Below are positions 7,527 through 10,180 of a stretch of 10,180 nt of DNA, piece after piece. The position numbers were made by a program, and so were the translations under genes. Location: assembly GCA_009859145.1 (NCBI GenBank), contig VRVR01000036.1, positions 1-10,180 of the forward strand, in the 5' to 3' direction. The notes beneath the pieces are model-generated. The model saw only the letters and a program-made list of their open reading frames with translations. It did not search any database and was not told the origin of the DNA. Within the stretch, counting starts at the first letter, position 1; every line of letters begins with the position of its first letter. The stretch is from Andalucia godoyi And28 (taxonomy: Eukaryota; Protista; Jakobida).

Positions 7527-7608
7527 CCTTCTTAAACACTTTTCTTTTTTTTATTTCCCTTCGTTCATCTCCTGTCATTTTCCTCATTTGCTCCATTCAT
7601 TCGCACAG
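7527..7608 (+). promoter_or_regulatory. Polypyrimidine tract ending in CAG 8 nt before the GPI-protein ATG (3' splice-acceptor-like)
   Basis: cttcttaaacacttttctttttttatttcccttcgttcatctcctgtcattttcctcatttgctccattcattcgcaCAG-catttgcg-ATG, with CAG at 7606-7608 and ATG at 7617. Confidence 0.45.
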
Positions 7609-7616
7609 CATTTGCG

Positions 7617-8072
7617 ATGAAGTCTGTTGTCCTTTTCGTTGTATTCTGCGCCGTGATTGCATGTGCTGCGGCCACATGCCCGACGAATGGCACCGCGCTT
7701 GCGGGAAGTTTGGCTGGAACCTGGTGCACATACGTGCCAAACTCTGCAGGTATTCGACACTCAACGGAATGGACGGCATCCGGCAACGTAACCACGGTTA
7801 ACCAAATGTCTTACCCTTTAGCGGATCCAACGTGCACTGCTGGAAGTGGCACTACAACCTGCAACGGAATCGCAATACTTTCCGGTTCGCACTATCCGTA
7901 TGCTGTCGAATACAGCGGCACAACGTGCGATTCGCTTACGAAGTTCACCATGATGAACGGAGTAACTGTGTACACTGGCGTTCCGGGATATTGCCCCGAT
8001 TCTGCTACCTTTTCGTATGGTGCATCTGTGTTCTGTGTTCTCGCAGTTCTTGCTGCCGCACTGGCTTTCTAG
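7617..8072 (+). CDS. Small secreted, GPI-anchored Cys-rich surface protein (151 aa)
   Basis: Signal peptide MKSVVLFVVFCAVIACAAA. The mature part has six Cys (21, 37, 73, 82, 104, 126) and NGT and NVT sequons. The C-terminus has small residues D-S-A, a spacer, then the hydrophobic tail SVFCVLAVLAAALAF ending at TAG with no cytosolic tail. Confidence 0.9.
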   Translation: MKSVVLFVVFCAVIACAAATCPTNGTALAGSLAGTWCTYVPNSAGIRHSTEWTASGNVTTVNQMSYPLADPTCTAGSGTTTCNGIAILSGSHYPYAVEYSGTTCDSLTKFTMMNGVTVYTGVPGYCPDSATFSYGASVFCVLAVLAAALAF

Positions 8073-8112
8073 ACAGTGTTGCACGGGCAAGAAGCAGAAG
8101 CAGCTCAGTGCA

Positions 8113-8124
8113 GTGTGTGTGTGT
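8113..8124 (+). repeat. (GT)6 microsatellite in the probable 3'UTR
   Basis: gtgtgtgtgtgt, followed by tc-gtgtgtg. Confidence 0.8.
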
Positions 8125-8519
8125 TCGTGTGTGCCATGGAATTTTCCACCAAAGAAAAAAAGGTGCGATTGGCGGTTGCGTACTGCGCTGGCTGCAGGCC
8201 TCACCAATTTGTCGTTCTCGATACATCTCATCTCGAAAAAAAAATAATAAAAAAGTCGAAACGGTCCTCTACTGCAAATGCCGGGGGCAGAATGTTTCAA
8301 GTTCCAGCAGAATGAAACGTTCCGAAGCAGGAATGTGTTCACAGCCTGGAGTCACAAACGACACACAAGCCTCGTCGACGTTGGCCAGGCATCGGATAGG
8401 CGACTGCTTGTGTTATATACATGATCTTCGTATTGCCTATCTTTCCAGTCAAGTAACACGCCGATCAACAATGAATTGGTAGACAGAAATTAAAGAGTGG
8501 AAATACAGCTACGTATCGC

Positions 8520-8548
8520 TGTCTCTATCTCTGTCTCTGTCTCTGTCT
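8520..8548 (+). repeat. (TGTCTC)~5 hexamer tandem repeat
   Basis: tgtctc tatctc tgtctc tgtctc tgtct, lying between the convergent GPI and WD40 genes. Confidence 0.85.
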
Positions 8549-8883
8549 TAGCCCAGAGGGGTGCATTTACAGTTCCGAATGCACCTGCAATTCTTCAGAA
8601 ACGCGCCCTCTGCGGGTTTACCCTTTGGCAGCACGTTTTCGCAAATTTCGCGATCACTGTTTCATCTTCGCTTTTTAGCGCGTAATTTAACATAATCGTC
8701 GATGCCAGATTCCACGCTGTGCATTGGAGCAAGAAATTTAGAAACGGTTGAATATTTAGGAAGTTGGCAGGGTCTGACCGGTACACCGACGAGAAAAACC
8801 GGTTTTCAACCCATAATGTCCTTTGCAGTTCTCAGAATTTATGCATTCTTTTCATCATTTTTTTGAGATAAATGTGCTTCGGG

Positions 8884-9273
8884 TCAACGACGTCGATATT
8901 GAACATCTCCATCGTCTATTACGGCGCTGGATGGTGTTCGAATACGAATTCCTTGTCTGAACAAACGTTGCCAGTCCATGATTCGTCTTCTCTTGGACGG
9001 TGATGGAGTAGTATCGAATCTGCGAGACCTTTTGCGTTGAATTGGTTGCGAACTTCCCGATGCAGCGCCGTGGAGTGCACTGGATGTTTGAAGTCCTGAT
9101 TGTCGCTTCAGGAGGAACACTTGTCTGCAAGGACTTTCTCCATCATTTGACAGAGGACAGTTCCAAAACAGGTCGGAAAGAGTATGCATTGCATTTTCCC
9201 CACACAATTTGAAACAGGTGTCGTGTGATTCTGCATCTACTGCCTCAGCCACGCCATCCACTGTCCATGACAT
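8884..9273 (-). CDS. Possible further exon of the WD40 gene or a separate small basic protein
   Basis: 129-aa open frame with an NLS-like basic cluster (RKRSRRFDTTPSPSKRRR). It could be reached from the WD40 frame through a 23- or 26-nt GT-AG segment ending at ..GGACAG. The neighbouring frame also has WD-like fragments, so the frame is ambiguous. Confidence 0.3.
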   Translation of the reverse strand: MSWTVDGVAEAVDAESHDTCFKLCGENAMHTLSDLFWNCPLSNDGESPCRQVFLLKRQSGLQTSSALHGAASGSSQPIQRKRSRRFDTTPSPSKRRRIMDWQRLFRQGIRIRTPSSAVIDDGDVQYRRR

Positions 9274-10110
9274 TTGAGCAAACTACATTCGGAGAAGGAG
9301 AGGTGCACTTTGTATAGAATACCATCGTTCAACGAGCTCGCGCCTTTGCCAAAAAACACATGGTACGTCAGAATGGCTTGTGATCTGAAGCAGCGTCGAT
9401 TCTATCAGTATCTTATCATTGACAGTGTCATTCCATCTCAAATGACCGTCCTGAATAACGAAAGCTTTCCCATTTACCTACACACCGATGACGATGGAGT
9501 CCGTGTAAAATGACATCCACTCAACAAATGGCAAAGAAACAGAGCTCGTGCACTGATCTTGATGCCAGAGATTCACGGTACCGTCAGAATGGACAGAAGC
9601 AAACTGATTCGGACCTGTCGAGACGGCAATGGCGGTGACGGAGGACCGAGGCTTCGCTTGGAACTTCAACGGATCTTGCAGACTCCACAACTTAATTGTT
9701 CCATCGTCCGCACCAGATACAATGCACTTGCCGTCAGGTGAGAATGCAACACAATTAACACTTTCTGCATGCCCAACAAGTGTTTGGCACCATTGGCCGT
9801 CTTGCCATACTATCACTCTCTTGTCAGCTGATGCCGATGCGATGCGCCTGCCGTCGGGCGAGAATGAAATGTCCAAAACTGCGCCGGAGTGTCCACAAAC
9901 AGACTGGATGCAATCGAATTCCTTTGCGTGCTCTCCGTCAGCGTACATTACAATTTCGTTGTCCCTGGTTACCACATACCAATGCGTGAGAGTCTTCCAT
10001 TCTCGGAAACCGCTGGCAGTGTCAACAGTTGGAAGCAGGCATTTTGTCTTCAGTGTTCGAAGCACTTCACACAGTCGCTGTTCTTTCATTGCTGGAGTAG
10101 TGCAATCCAT
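9237..10110 (-). CDS. WD40-repeat protein; model exons 10110-9486, 9464-9424, 9401-9237 (276 aa; may extend further 3')
   Basis: Clear WD40 repeats: GHSGAVLDISFSPDGRRIASASADKRVIVW, GHAESVNCVAFSPDGKCIVSGADDGTIKLW and SVTAIAVSTGPNQFASVHSDGTVNLW. After removing the 21-nt segment a fourth reads VEWMSFYTDSIVIAFVIQDGHLRW; after the 22-nt segment comes HVFFGKGASSLNDGILYKV. The start could be ATG 10110 or 10089; the frame is open to the window edge. Confidence 0.8.
9402..9423 (-). other. Candidate 22-nt intron
   Basis: GTCAATGATAAGATACTGATAG has a branch-like CTGAT next to the AG. Removal gives the +1 shift needed to reach the WD-like ASSLNDG frame. The donor is weak, and a 1-nt indel in the T6 run at 9351-9356 would also explain the shift. 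Confidence 0.35.
9465..9485 (-). other. Candidate 21-nt intron containing the in-frame TAG
   Basis: GTGTGTAGGTAAATGGGAAAG is phase 1 and a multiple of 3 long. Removal deletes the stop at 9478-9480 and gives SF-YTDSIV-IA, the same 6-residue spacing as SF-SPDGRR-IA, AF-SPDGKC-IV and AV-STGPNQ-FA in the preceding repeats. Confidence 0.6.
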
Positions 10111-10180
10111 AAGCGAGAAGGGCAAGCAAGAAAAACGTGGACGAGGTGCATTGCCGCGTCCCACAATTTTGTAGGGTAGC

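Noticed and set aside
7721-7733. GTATGT..CAG (13 nt) on the - strand
   Set aside because: It is antisense to the intact GPI gene. It serves as a control showing that donor-plus-CAG pairs at short spacing arise by chance.
8076-8315. 79-aa ORF in frame after the GPI stop, as a readthrough tail
   Set aside because: It runs through a GT microsatellite and A-tracts typical of a 3'UTR, and an extension would destroy the GPI signal.
8795-8806. Perfect 12-bp palindrome AAAACCGGTTTT
   Set aside because: It is a single low-complexity instance with no associated feature and is plausible by chance.
1261-10110. Stop-codon reassignment (TAG/TAA to Gln, TGA to Trp), suggested by frames continuing past stops at 9478, 5334, 5604, 7005, 7395 and 3841
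   Set aside because: All 10 Trp of the kinase and all 6 of the Kelch main frame are TGG, and none of the many kinase Gln codons is TAR. The GPI protein ends at TAG exactly where a GPI signal should end. The WD40 TAG is better explained by a 21-nt intron.
9629-10174. 181-aa + strand ORF with an internal repeat (MHLPSGENAT / MRLPSGENEM)
   Set aside because: The repeat is the antisense image of two WD40 repeats (FSPDG).
1-10180. Window ends as terminal inverted repeats of a 10-kb transposon (CCCTACAAA / TTTGTAGGG)
   Set aside because: The match is only 9 bp, at unequal distances from the ends, with a third internal copy. There is no transposase, and the window cuts through open frames.
1-10180. 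Prokaryotic or giant-virus origin; CRISPR, rRNA or tRNA features
   Set aside because: There are no Shine-Dalgarno or operon patterns, repeat-spacer arrays, recognisable structural RNAs or viral core genes. The GPI protein, Kelch, WD40 and splice-like signals point to a eukaryotic nucleus.

Overview
This looks like gene-dense nuclear DNA from a unicellular eukaryote using the standard genetic code; the lineage cannot be identified from sequence alone. There are no RNA genes or CRISPR arrays. Well-supported genes are a ~616-aa Crinkler-like fusion of coiled coil, PD-(D/E)xK nuclease and protein kinase (-, 1261-3111), a Kelch beta-propeller (-, ~3841-4811), a 151-aa GPI-anchored Cys-rich surface protein (+, 7617-8072) and a WD40 protein (-, ~9237-10110). 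A beta-rich glycoprotein-like ORF (-, 268 to ~1214) and a coiled-coil ORF (+, ~5607-6287) are less certain. The main unexplained pattern is that several stops and frame breaks are repaired by very short (19-22 nt) GT-AG segments. The best case is a 21-nt segment that removes an in-frame TAG and restores the exact WD40 repeat register. This suggests tiny spliceosomal introns in a GC-balanced genome, but it needs transcript data because short GT..AG pairs also arise by chance. Regions 4820-5630 and 6290-7450 carry fragmentary coding signal that I could not resolve.
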